Shown: positions 1-11,698, numbered from the stretch's first letter. The stretch is DNA of 64,000 bases from Eledone cirrhosa (GCA_964016885.1 OZ024752.1:48546001-48610000); one strand, 5' to 3'. Translations and numbers: made by a program. Notes: generated by a model not told the origin, from the letters alone.

Positions 1-52
1 ATACATTTATTGAGATATTTAAGTATTAGAGACAAATAACCTTTAATTAATA

Positions 53-104
53 GGCTTTCCTAAGTATTTCCTTCAAATGAAACAGATCTAGTCCCGTAGT
101 AGCC
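53..104 (+). ncRNA. Degenerate hammerhead ribozyme, family A (core mutated)
   Basis: ggcttt-cctaagta-tttccttcaaat-GAAAC-agatctagtccc-GTA-gtagcc aligns to the intact copy at 8834-8884, but the CUGAUGA box is destroyed. Confidence 0.55.
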
Positions 105-107
105 ATT

Positions 108-159
<52 letters not shown>

Positions 160-161
160 AC

Positions 162-374
162 AGGAACGATTGACTTTCGTCAAATCGGACTGAGGGAACA
201 ATGTTTCCGTTGGTCTTTCCAATTGCTAATACTATCTATCGGTCGCAACTCCAGGTAGAAGGAGCAATGTGAAATAAAGTGTCTTGCTCAAGGACATAAC
301 GCATCGCCTGGTCCAGGAATCGAACTCACAACCTCACGATTGCGAATCCAATTCTCTAAGCCACACGCCTTCAC
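162..374 (-). mobile_element. tRNA-derived SINE with CORE-like domain and a distinct 3' tail
   Basis: Minus strand has a B-box (GAGTTCGATTC) followed by tgtccttgagcaagacactttatttcacattgctcc (CORE-like). Near-identical copy at 14919-15139. Flanked by (TA)n. Confidence 0.85.
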
Positions 375-735
375 AGTATATACATACATATATATATATA
401 TACATATATATGTATATATATATATACATACATATATGTGCATACATACATATATATATTAATATATATATATACATACATATATATATATATGTAAGTA
501 TGTATATAATAGTTTGCCAGCTAATAACATGTAAATATTTATATTCTATTTATAGTTTAACAGTTTCTTCTTCTTAAACACACACATAAGTATATACATA
601 CATATACATGTATATACACATACATATATATATATATACAAACATATATACACACATATATACATCACCCATATCAGCTGCACAGATTAATCAATGTGCA
701 AGTAAAAATGTACAACAATGATAATATATTAATTA

Positions 736-778
<43 letters not shown>

Positions 779-897
779 TATATATATATAATAACAATAA
801 TAATATAAATAAATACATAAATCATAATAATAAGATATATATGTATATGTATATATATATACATATATATATATATACGTGTGTGTGTGTATGTATA

Positions 898-929
<32 letters not shown>

Positions 930-995
930 CACTCACACATATATATATATAATAACAATGATAGTATAAATAAATACATAAATCATAATAATAAG

Positions 996-1044
<49 letters not shown>

Positions 1045-1107
1045 CATGTGTGTGTGTATATATATGTATATATATATATAAAAAATATACAACCAACACA
1101 TACTCAA

Positions 1108-1139
<32 letters not shown>

Positions 1140-1143
1140 CATA

Positions 1144-1211
<68 letters not shown>

Positions 1212-1302
1212 TACATATACATATGTATATATATATATATATATAAATATATGTATATATATATATATATATACACACACATACATATACATATATATAT
1301 AC

Positions 1303-1349
<47 letters not shown>

Positions 1350-1370
1350 TACATATACATATATATATAC

Positions 1371-1443
<73 letters not shown>

Positions 1444-1456
1444 TATATACATATAT
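375..1456. repeat. Compound (TA)n/(CA)n microsatellite with an internal duplication (~770-870 vs ~940-1040)
   Basis: Direct reading. Confidence 0.9.
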
Positions 1457-1555
1457 TTGCCATAAATATCATTAGGGCCAGTACTATCACTGTTAAGAAC
1501 AATGCTAAGAATAATAAATGAGTAACAGGAGGAAGGAATGGGGAGGGGGGAATAT

Positions 1556-1559
1556 TAGC

Positions 1560-1649
<90 letters not shown>

Positions 1650-1650
1650 T
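1556..1650 (+). repeat. (CAA)n(TAA)n microsatellite, 5' flank of the R4/Dong insertion
   Basis: Direct reading. Confidence 0.95.
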
Positions 1651-2403
1651 AATGGCTGCGCAAGAGCAGGCCCTCAAAACGAAGTGGTTGAAACACCATA
1701 TTTACAAGGAGGAGGCTAGCCCACTGTGCAGGATCTGTGGAGAGAGAGAGAGGAGACTGTGGCTCACATTGTATCCGAGTGTAAACACCTAGCCCAGACT
1801 CACTATAAGGGCTGGAGACATGATGTGATGGGCAGGGTGATCCACTGGCACCTATGCAAAGTAAACAATTTACCACATTCTGAGAAGTGGTATTAGCATA
1901 AGCCAGAGTCGGTGATGGAAAACGATCAGGTGAAGGTGCTGTGGGACTTTAGGATACAGACGGACAAGAAACTGGAACACAATAGGCCTGACCTGGTGGT
2001 TGTGGACAAGGAAAAAAGATTGTGCCTGATCGTAGATGTGGCCTGCCCATTCGACACGAGAGTGCAAGAGAAGGAGAGGGAGAAAATTAACCAATACCAG
2101 GACTTAAAGTGGGAGGTAAAAAGGATTTGGAACTGCCATGAAGTCAAAGTGGTCCCGATTGTCATAGGCGCACTAGGGACTATCTCAAAAAGTTTCCAGG
2201 GATGGTTAAAGAAAATTGGCCCCGCCACGCTTTTAGGAACGCTTCAAAAGGCATGCTTGCTGGGAACAGCAAGAACCCTCCAATACGTCCTGAATATCTG
2301 AGGCTGCAGGTAGAGGCTTGATATTCATTTCAACAAACTTTCCAGTTAAATAACATCAATGACTGAGACTCAAAGAACAATAATAATAAAAATAATAATA
2401 ATA
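1651..2403 (+). mobile_element. 5'-truncated non-LTR retrotransposon, R4/Dong-like: CCHC zinc finger, restriction-like endonuclease, 3' UTR
   Basis: MAAQEQAL..., CRICGERE/ETVAHIVSEC (frameshift in a (GA)n run), RHD, LWDFRIQTDKKLEHNRPDLVVVDK...IVDVACP...KINQYQDL...VVPIVIGALG. TAG stop at 1894-1896. Ends in (AAT)n. Confidence 0.9.
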
Positions 2404-2544
2404 GGCAAAAAAAAAATTCAAGCCATAAAACAAAGCAAAAAAAAGCCATGAAATTGAAAATGATGATAAATGTTGGAAATAAATAATAAATAAATATATA
2501 TAAACAATAAGAAACTAATAAAGACCAACAATAATAATTAATAA

Positions 2545-2735
2545 TTATAATAACAATACTACCACTACTACTATAACTACTACTACTACTACAACTACTG
2601 CTGCTGTTACTACCATTACTGCTACTACTGCTATTACTGTTATTTCTACTACTGCTACTACTACTACTACTATTACTACTACTACTGATGTTACTGCTAC
2701 TACTACTGCTGCTGTTATTACTACTACTACTACTA
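2545..2735. repeat. Degenerate (ACT/GCT)n trinucleotide repeat
   Basis: Direct reading. Confidence 0.9.
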
Positions 2736-2765
2736 TGAAATGAAAATAATTAAAGAAAATTATTT

Positions 2766-2855
2766 TTATATATATATACTTACATATATATGCATATAAA
2801 TAAATATATATATACATATATATGTATATATACATATATATACATATATATATAC

Positions 2856-2900
<45 letters not shown>

Positions 2901-2990
2901 TACATATATATACATGTATGTATATATATACATATATACATATATATATACATATATGTATGTATATATACATATATATGTATATGCATA

Positions 2991-3022
<32 letters not shown>

Positions 3023-3087
3023 CGTGTGTGTGTGGATATACATATATGTGTATATATATATATATATATACACACATATATATATAT

Positions 3088-3158
<71 letters not shown>

Positions 3159-3240
3159 CGTATGTGTGTGTGGATATACATATATGTATATATATATATA
3201 TATATATATGGCCATACTCGATAATGAGGGTACAGCTAAC

Positions 3241-3273
<33 letters not shown>

Positions 3274-3480
3274 CACTCACACATGCCCACATATATAGAT
3301 AAATACTTATGCACATACATACATATAATATATATTTATATATGTGAGTGAGTGTATGCATGTTTGTTTGTTAATGCATGTGTGTTTGTGTGTGTGTATG
3401 CATGTTTGTTAGTTAATGCATGTGTGTTTGTGTGTGTGCATGTGTGTTTGTGTGTGCACATGTTTGTTTGTGTGTGTGTT
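2766..3480. repeat. (TA)n/(TG)n compound microsatellite
   Basis: Direct reading. Confidence 0.9.
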
Positions 3481-3601
3481 TGCTGTTTATATTTTAAATA
3501 AGGTATTTAGTTTCTGTAGCCATGTCTGTTGTTATAGAAACTTTCAGTTTCTTTGTTTTCATTGATTCGCAGAAAAGCAGAGAGAGTTTACAATGAACGA
3601 G

Positions 3602-3635
<34 letters not shown>

Positions 3636-4179
3636 TGATGGCAATTACTATTATTATTAGTATTATTATTATTGTTATTATTATTGTTATTATTAGAAAA
3701 ATACAAACAAACAATGAAATCAAATAAAAAGACAAAACCCTTACATGCCCCCCCCTCCCCCCCCCGTACACCCACTTCACAAACACATATATGAAAGGAT
3801 GGGGTCAAAAAGGAAAGTTTCATATCTACACCTGAAGGGGCTCAGGGCTATTTTGCTGTATTTTCAAAATGGCACACCAGCATGCTATGGTGTTTACCAT
3901 AGCATGCCATACCATATCATATTTCTTCCTGCCATGCTGTGCTATGCCAGCAAAAAAAAGAAGTACTGTATTAATTAATGCAGATTTAGATTATGTTTTG
4001 TCTTAAAGAAACATTTTTAATGAGCAATGCTATGAAATATTAAGCAGGGTTGATGTTTCATCTTTTGTTTTTGGCAAGAATATTTGTAATGGCCAAAGAG
4101 AATAAAATGTAAATATGTAAACTGAGGAATTTTATAAGGGGGATTATACTTTATAACAGGCAGCAATTTGACAGAGTCA

Positions 4180-4217
<38 letters not shown>

Positions 4218-4623
4218 TACCATCATCATCATCTTCATTGTTTGACATCTGCTTTCTCTGTTAGCTTTTCACAGACTGAATCAGTACAGAAACAAGTCTA
4301 CTGACCTCTCAAGCAGGCCAGGAGATTATATCTTGCTTACATAGGATTCCATGGTCTAATGAATACATTTCAACATGGCTTAATCCTGGCTAAAACTGGC
4401 TCTAGTTCTATGAAATATAACCATGCATTTAATGTTCAAACCGACCAAAACTAGCCAGAATTCTCTACCTCTTTCTGTTGAAACTGGCTGTAACTGGTCA
4501 TTCAAAGTGTTGTTAAGGTATTGTTCTCAAAATAAATACTTTCAAAATCTCATAGATTCGATATTATGTGAGATAATTATGTGAGGTAAAGCCTTTACCA
4601 TGAAAATATAATAGTATATATAG

Positions 4624-4805
4624 AATAATTGTTTCTACTTTAGGCACAAGGCCAGCAATTACCCAGTGCATTACTGGTACTTTATTTTATCGACCCCGTA
4701 AGGATGAAAGGCAAAGTCAACCTCGGCGGGATTTGAACTCAGATCGTAAAGGGACGTAACTATGCTGGAAAGCATGGCATCCGACCCTCTACCGATACTG
4801 CCAAT
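4624..4805 (-). mobile_element. tRNA-derived SINE with Meta-like domain
   Basis: Reverse complement of the 5109-5298 element, including gcctttcatccttacggggtcgataaaataaagtaccag. Confidence 0.9.
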
Positions 4806-4885
4806 GTAAATACTAAAGGGTTAATAATTTCCTATTTAAATCTAAACATTCCAACATAATTTTATATAAGGACCTTACATTATGT

Positions 4886-4962
4886 TATGGGGTCGATAAA
4901 ATAAAGTACCAGTAATATACTGGGACAATTGCTGGCCTTGTGCCAATAGTAGAAACAATTAT
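4886..4962 (+). mobile_element. 5'-truncated Meta-like SINE
   Basis: 3' half of the family with tail gtagaaacaattat. Confidence 0.85.
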
Positions 4963-5108
4963 GTTGCTGTTTTAGTTATGAAATAATTAAATATTTTAGT
5001 AAATCTCTCAAAATCCTCCATTAATTAATTTAAATTGAGTGTATTTCATTAGAAATATGGTCATGAAGGGGTTAACAATATAGGGATTATTATGTTTTGA
5101 AACAAAAA

Positions 5109-5298
5109 GGCGGGGTATTGGCAGTATCGGTAGAGGGTCGGATGCCATGCTTTCCAGCATAGTTACGTCCCTTTACAATCTGAGTTCAAATCCCGCCGAG
5201 GTTGACTTTGCCTTTCATCCTTACGGGGTCGATAAAATAAAGTACCAGTAATGCACTGGGGTAATTGCTGGCCTTGTGCCAATAGTAGAAACAATTAT
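5109..5298 (+). mobile_element. Full-length Meta-like SINE with 17-bp TSD
   Basis: A-box-like tggcagtatcgg, B-box gagttcaaatc, Meta-like core. TSD attatgttttgaaacaa at 5089-5105 and 5294-5310. Confidence 0.92.
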
Positions 5299-5578
5299 GT
5301 TTTGAAACAACTGAAGGGGCCTCCCAACCATTTGTTTGGCTGGATTCCTTTCCTATAACTAACCACTTTACAGAATGTACTGAATGTATTTATCATGTAG
5401 ATTACCAACACTAGGGAGATTGACATGTCCCCGATACATCTGAACAGTCCTCCCATTAGAACATCAAATCTAATATTTCAGTGTCTGTTCTTATTCTCTG
5501 TGCCTCAAGTTTAAATTTTGCCAAGGTCAACTTTGCCTTTCATCCTTTTGGGGGGTCGATGTACAATCACTGACCTTT

Positions 5579-5889
5579 ACAATACCAGTGATAGTGGCCG
5601 CACTTGGAATGATAAAAAAGGGAACTGAAAAATATTTGGACCTGATACCTGGAAAGCCATCTCTGAAATCTACAGAAAATAGTGCTGACCGGTAGTGTCG
5701 ATGTCTTGTGAAGGACATTATCAATTTAAATACCTTGCAAAGTCTTTTACTGTTGTTTATGCCCTTGATTTGTGTGACAATTGATTGAAAAATGTGTGTA
5801 TTATCTAATTTTACCTCAGGTGCCAGGTTGACACTCGGCATGGAATTGGAGAGAAGCAGAATTCAAAGGAAGTTTCAACTAATAATAAT
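5579..5889 (+). mobile_element. R4/Dong-like LINE 3' end, second subfamily
   Basis: TIPVIVAALGMIKKGTEKYLDLIPGKPSL/fs/LQKIVLTGSVDVL*RTLSI* is homologous to the C-terminus of ORF 1912-2301. 3' UTR ends in aataataa. Confidence 0.8.
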
Positions 5890-6074
5890 TGTTTCTACTA
5901 TTGGCACAAGGCCAGCAATTGCTCCAGTGCATTACTGGTACTTTATTTTATCGACCCCGTAAGGATGAAAGGCAAAGTTAACCTCGGTGGGATTTGAACT
6001 CAGACCGTAAAGGGATGTAACTATGCTGGAAAGCATGGTGTCCGACCCTCTACCGATACTGCCAATCCTCCGCC
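5881..6074 (-). mobile_element. Full-length Meta-like SINE
   Basis: Reverse complement of the family consensus. Confidence 0.92.
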
Positions 6075-6076
6075 TA

Positions 6077-6415
6077 ATAATCATAGAATGCAAAAAGAGG
6101 CACGGCAACAATAGATACATTGTTCGTTGGAAATTGTGTAGAAAATGTAATTTGGATAGGTGGAGCAATCAACAACTTGAAACATTGGCAGAAAAAATGA
6201 AGAAATATAATTGTTGAGTGATTTCAACACCGAATGTAATGAAATGATTGAGGTTAGCAGATGAAACACGGTTTTCTTTGAAACGAAAAATGAAAGACAC
6301 TTCACAACAATAGATATCTGCATGTGTGTGGAGGGAAAGATCTAGAAAAGATTGAGAAATAGCAAGATACGAAGGAGAGATTGCAAGTGTGGAGTATGAA
6401 AACTGTCAAAATTCT
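6077..6415 (+). mobile_element. Decayed R4/Dong-like fragment, third subfamily
   Basis: IIECKKRHGNNRYIVRWKLCRKCNL ... DFNTECNEMIEVSR ... IDI ... LEKIEK*QD ... WSMKTVKI is colinear with the RHD/endonuclease region of 1651-2301. Confidence 0.7.
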
Positions 6416-6712
6416 GTCTCTTCTTGATCCCTTTAACATATTACTTTCTTCTGTCTGCCGGGGCTGTGGGGAGGCCAGCACATGGGACCCCATTTGCTCA
6501 TAATACAGAGAGATGGGGAGGGCAAGCGAGATGGAGGCAATGAGAGTGGGAGTTCTGCTCTTCCCCGTTCGGACCATATCCTTGTGGTTGTGTTCTTTAA
6601 GCAGTTAATGAGTCTGGTTATATATACACTATCAAAGAAATTTGTGCATTCCAGAATATATATATATATTCTGGAATGCACAAATTATATATATATATAA
6701 CTTCTAAAACAG

Positions 6713-6877
6713 CAGTCATGGTCCATGGATCATGGATGGTCTGAGAGAAAATTTTGGTGGTCCGCAGAAAAATTTTAACGTATTTATCTTTTTTAAAAAA
6801 ATTCCCATTAGTGGTCCGTGGGATTTAAAAATTATGAATTAGTGGTCTGTGAGGTCCGAAAAGTTGGTCACCACTGC
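6713..6877. mobile_element. hAT-like MITE remnant
   Basis: Repeated ggtcc(g) subterminal motifs and a right end aaagttggtcaccactg typical of hAT/Charlie MITEs. Confidence 0.55.
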
Positions 6878-7858
6878 TTTAGCATATGACCTTCTACTAC
6901 ATTCTAGACTGTTCCATTTAATGTCATAGTCAGCATTGCTGTCCTTCAGCTTCCATATGTAGTTGGCTAGGATACTACAACTATGCTAAACAATGGCATA
7001 TGAATAAGCATGACACTGACTGTGACATTGACTGGAAGATTTTAGAATGAAACAGGCCATATACCAACTTTAAATTCTAGAAGAATTTTTCTAAATAAGG
7101 AATTTGCTAACATAAACAATCTATATATCCTTCCTTCTTTCACCCTTGTTTGTATGTGAGAGTGTCCGTATGCATTGTGAGTGAGAGTGAGTGTGTATGT
7201 CTTTCTTTATTCCCATCACCACTCTTTGTCTGTCTCAAGAATTCTAGATTAAGCATATCAAGACAGTCAACAGAGGAAGCAAAGAATTCCCAATATAAAT
7301 TAAGAACAATATAAATAAAAGGAAATGAAATGTTTTACAGAGAAAATGTTATATCTCAGCTCAGACTGTTTCTTGAATAAATTAAAATTTTAAGCATTGA
7401 TTTTTACTTCACTGAATAAAATAAAATTTTAAAAATAATTAGAAAAATAATAATAATAAAGAAAAAAAATGAAATAAAATACATTTTCTTCTCTTCCAAT
7501 CTTATTATCCAAGAATAGTAAAATATTCAAACATATTTTTCACAAGATGTTATATTCACAAGAAATATTTATTCATTTTTCATTTTTGAAAGGGTGGGTG
7601 GGATATGATATAGAATTCTTACATTAGGAAAATGCTACAAATTTCAAATTTTCTAGGAAAGGAGTGTATGCGGTTCAACTGACTGCACTAGATGAATTGT
7701 GTTTATTTTATCGACCCCAGAGAAAGGAATGTTAAATTTGAACCTCGTTGAATTTGAACTCAGTATATAAAGAGTCATTAACACTGGTTTGTTTTTGATA
7801 TTTAATGCCCATTAGTATAATATTTTCATGCTGTAAGTTATGAAGATGAAAATAAATA

Positions 7859-8047
7859 TAATTGTTTCTACTTTTGGCACAAGGCCAGCAATTACCCAGT
7901 GTATTACTGGTACTTTATTTTATCGACCCCGTAAGGATGAAAGGCAAAGTTAACCTCGGCGGGATTTGAACTTAGACCGTAAAGGGACGTAACTATGCTG
8001 GAAAGCATGGCGTCCGACCCCCTACCGATACTGCCAATCCACCGCCA
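7859..8047 (-). mobile_element. Full-length Meta-like SINE with 18-bp TSD
   Basis: TSD gatgaaaataaatataat at 7845-7862 and 8050-8067. Confidence 0.92.
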
Positions 8048-8168
8048 TTGATGAAAATAAATATAATGATTAGATCACACACGAGGCAAAATATATAGAG
8101 ATATGCATTAAAAGAAATATAGATATTAACAATATACGAAGCCAAATTTTCAGCTTTTGAAGTGCTGC

Positions 8169-8211
<43 letters not shown>

Positions 8212-8214
<3 letters not shown>

Positions 8215-8499
8215 TGCCACACCATCCAGGCCGAAACAAATGAGATCGTGTAGGTGTCACGACAAAAAAACACACAGTCCACGCTGTAATGTGGCCGTGT
8301 AGGCAACACGGTAAAAACCTCCCAGACCCACACTGTAAATGTGGTTGGTGTTAGGAAGGGCATCCAACTGTAGAAAACCTGCCAGGCAGTCCTATGCGAG
8401 CAAGACAATCACTCTTGCCTCAAGTGGGAAAACCCCCGTCCAAACCCATGCAAGCGTGGAACACGGACGTTAAACGTTGATGATGATGATGATGATGAT
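8212..8499 (+). mobile_element. SINE-like element with V-like domain and RTE-type (GAT)n tail
   Basis: ggttggtgttaggaagggcatccaactgtagaaa (V-like) followed by cccatgcaagcgtggaacacggacgttaaac(gat)n. Other copies at 22770-23008(+), 23385-23660(-), 29333-29572(-). Confidence 0.8.
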
Positions 8500-8572
8500 A
8501 TATACATATATATATATAGAGTGAAAGAGTGAAGAATAAGATGGTCGGCTGTACAAAAAGGGTTTTATTTAC

Positions 8573-8685
8573 AGTATTAACAATTGTTTCATTGATCAGG
8601 TGAGTCTAAAGACCGTTAAACACTCAAAGTTGCGTCACTCGACCTTAAATACAGTGTTTACCTCTGATCAAATCATCGGAATACT
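8573..8685 (-). ncRNA. Minimal type I hammerhead ribozyme, family B (U4C variant)
   Basis: Minus strand: agtatt-CCGATGA-t-ttgatcag...ctgatcaa-t-GAAAC-aatt-GTT-aatact. Helix I 6 bp, helix II 8 bp, palindromic loop 3. Confidence 0.7.
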
Positions 8686-8785
8686 ATATACACATATAAA
8701 TATATGTTTATCCCAGGTTCAATTGGGGGTAGCCACAGTAAGGTACTCAATACATAACAGAGTATATATATTTGATATAGAAATG

Positions 8786-8834
8786 CCTTCTACAGGACTA
8801 GAACTGTTTCATTCGGTAGAAATCATTAGGAAGG
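8786..8834 (-). ncRNA. Hammerhead ribozyme family A (G5A core mutation)
   Basis: ccttc-CTAATGA-tttctaccgaat-GAAAC-agttctagtcct-GTA-gaagg. Confidence 0.7.
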
Positions 8835-8884
8835 GCTTCCTGATGATTTCTCCCGAATGAAACAGTTCTAGTCCTGTAGAAGCC
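8834..8884 (+). ncRNA. Type I hammerhead ribozyme family A, intact core
   Basis: ggcttc-CTGATGA-tttc-tccc-gaat-GAAA-cag-ttctagtc-ctg-TA-gaagcc. All three helices pair; GUA cleavage triplet at 8876-8878. Confidence 0.85.
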
Positions 8885-9063
8885 ATTTCTATATTAAATA
8901 TTCATATAAATATATAAATATCCTATTATATGTAGAAGTTCTATTTAAATTGTTGGGATACAACAAGCAAATATTTTTATAACTGATATAAAGCACTCAA
9001 CAAATAATTGGAGTAAAAATACGATATATTAACAAATGGAAACTATATTTATAAAACCATATT

Positions 9064-9137
9064 TATTTCATTATACATATTTCAAGGACACCAAGTTAAA
9101 TTATGGTGTGCTTTCATCAGTTTCATCAGATAAAATA
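9064..9137 (-). ncRNA. Minimal hammerhead family C with a duplicated CTGATGAAA
   Basis: Reverse complement of 9402-9466 with a 9-nt tandem duplication (tttcatcag x2). Confidence 0.65.
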
Positions 9138-9401
9138 TAATATAGAGCAGTTTTATAAATAAATATTGACATACCCTTAAAGAATGCGACCATTTCTGTT
9201 AGAAGCTCCCTTTTTTTTTCTCTTTCTCTTTCCCCATAACCCAACGGCTTATTTAAATCTACTGTGATTTAAAAATATCCGAAACTAATTTGCATAATAG
9301 TATAAATAAATTTATAACCCCACTATCCGGGAGCTTCCATCAGAAATGGTCGCATTCTTTAAGGGTATGTCAATATTTATTTATAAAACTGCTCTATATT
9401 A

Positions 9402-9466
9402 TATTTTATCTGATGAAAGCACAACATAATTTAACTTGGTGTCCTTGAAATATGTATAATGAAATA
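9402..9466 (+). ncRNA. Minimal type I hammerhead family C
   Basis: tattttat-CTGATGA-aagcacaaca...tggtgtcctt-GAAA-t-atgt-ATA-atgaaata. Confidence 0.75.
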
Positions 9467-9554
9467 AATATGGTTTTATAAATATAGTTTGTTAATATAT
9501 CGTAAATATCCTATTATATATTTACATATAAATATTATATTATAAATATAATAT

Positions 9555-9632
9555 CCTTACGGGGTCGATAAAATAAAGTACCAGTAATGTACTAGGGTTT
9601 TTGCTGGCCTTGTGCCTAAAGTAGAAACAATT
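9555..9632 (+). mobile_element. 5'-truncated Meta-like SINE with 21-bp TSD
   Basis: TSD attatattataaatataatat at 9534-9554 and 9630-9650. Confidence 0.85.
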
Positions 9633-9904
9633 ATATTATAAATATAATATTTATATATAAATATATAAATATCAGCCCACACTGTAAAGTGGTCATGTAG
9701 GAGTCACGACAAAAGGCATACTGCACATACAGTAAGGGTGGTGGTGGTGGTAAGGGTGGTGGTGGTGGTGATGATGGTGGTGATGATGCTGATACTTTTT
9801 GTAAGGGCATGAACTGGATACACCTTCAACAAAAGATTTGAACTGGCTTATAGACATTGATTTGTCACCGGCTGATTTGACATTTGCCTTTTATGTGAAC
9901 ACAG

Positions 9905-10622
<718 letters not shown>

Positions 10623-10964
10623 ATAGATCCTACATAATTACACTTAGTAATTCAAAACCTTACACACATTTTCCAAGGTGGCAGTGGCGGTGAAGGTGGG
10701 TGGGTGAGGGTGGAGGGAGGGGAGGGGGTGCTTGGGGAAGTGAGTAAGAAACGGTAGATTGTTCTGTGGAAAGCATAATTACAATAATTAGCAATTACTT
10801 AGCTGCTGTCAATACATATATTAGATTTTTATAAAATTTTATAAATGAAAGGGACATCTTCCATTTTCTGTGATGAATTGATGGCAAATTGAGAGTTAAA
10901 AGCATATTTAAGTAATTCAGGAAGGGCAATTGCTTATGGAATACTTACAAATATTTTTAGGTAG

Positions 10965-11054
10965 CATATGTATTGTATGTATGTATTGTAGGCTGTGTGT
11001 GTATGTATGTGTGTGTTTGTGTATGTATGTGTGTGTGTGTGTATGTGTATTGTG

Positions 11055-11089
<35 letters not shown>

Positions 11090-11331
11090 ATCTATGTATG
11101 TTCTGTGTATGTATGTATGTATGTATGTATGTATGTTTTCTCTTTCTCTTAATTTCGAGTATATTTTTTTGACCGGCCACCTTCCTGGTGGCAAGGTTGT
11201 AAAAGAAAAGAAATTGTCATCCTTTGAATGTATGTATGTATGTATGTATGTATGTATGTATGTATGTATGTATGTATGTATGTATGTATGTATGTATCTA
11301 TGTATGTATGTGTATGTGCATGTGGATGCAT

Positions 11332-11383
<52 letters not shown>

Positions 11384-11526
11384 ATAATAATTATTGTGTA
11401 CAGTGCTCAGGTGCACTACTATATATATATATGTGTGTGTATGTGTTTGTGTGTGTGTATCTATGTATGTATGTATGTATCTATCTATGTATGTCTGTTC
11501 TGTGTATGTGCATGTGAATGCATGTA

Positions 11527-11589
<63 letters not shown>

Positions 11590-11698
11590 ATCTATGTATG
11601 CATGTATGTTCTGTGTATGTATGTATGTATGTATGTATGTATGTATGTATGTATCTATGTCTGTATGTCTGTTCTGTGTATGTGCATGTGAATGCATG

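Larger units (their letters stand above)
4415..5075. mobile_element. Remnants of TTAA-ended (piggyBac-type) MITEs interrupted by SINEs
   Basis: Right ends ...taaagggttaa (4813-4823) and ...gaaggggttaa (5065-5075) fit CCC...GGG termini with a TTAA target. A complementary ttaaccctttt left end occurs at 24611. Confidence 0.45.
8710..8899. mobile_element. Short HHR-bearing fold-back element (Penelope-like terminus), family A
   Basis: Inverted repeat 8771-8899 made of two opposed HHRs, plus a unique arm shared with 23150-23240 and 28031-28105. Confidence 0.75.
8931..9503. mobile_element. HHR family C element forming a long inverted repeat (arms ~9021-9210 and ~9329-9503)
   Basis: The arms are reverse complements. 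The left part recurs at 58241-58505. Confidence 0.8.

Noticed and set aside
1912-2301. Functional endonuclease gene
   Set aside because: It is the tail of a 5'-truncated LINE ORF with an upstream stop and frameshift.
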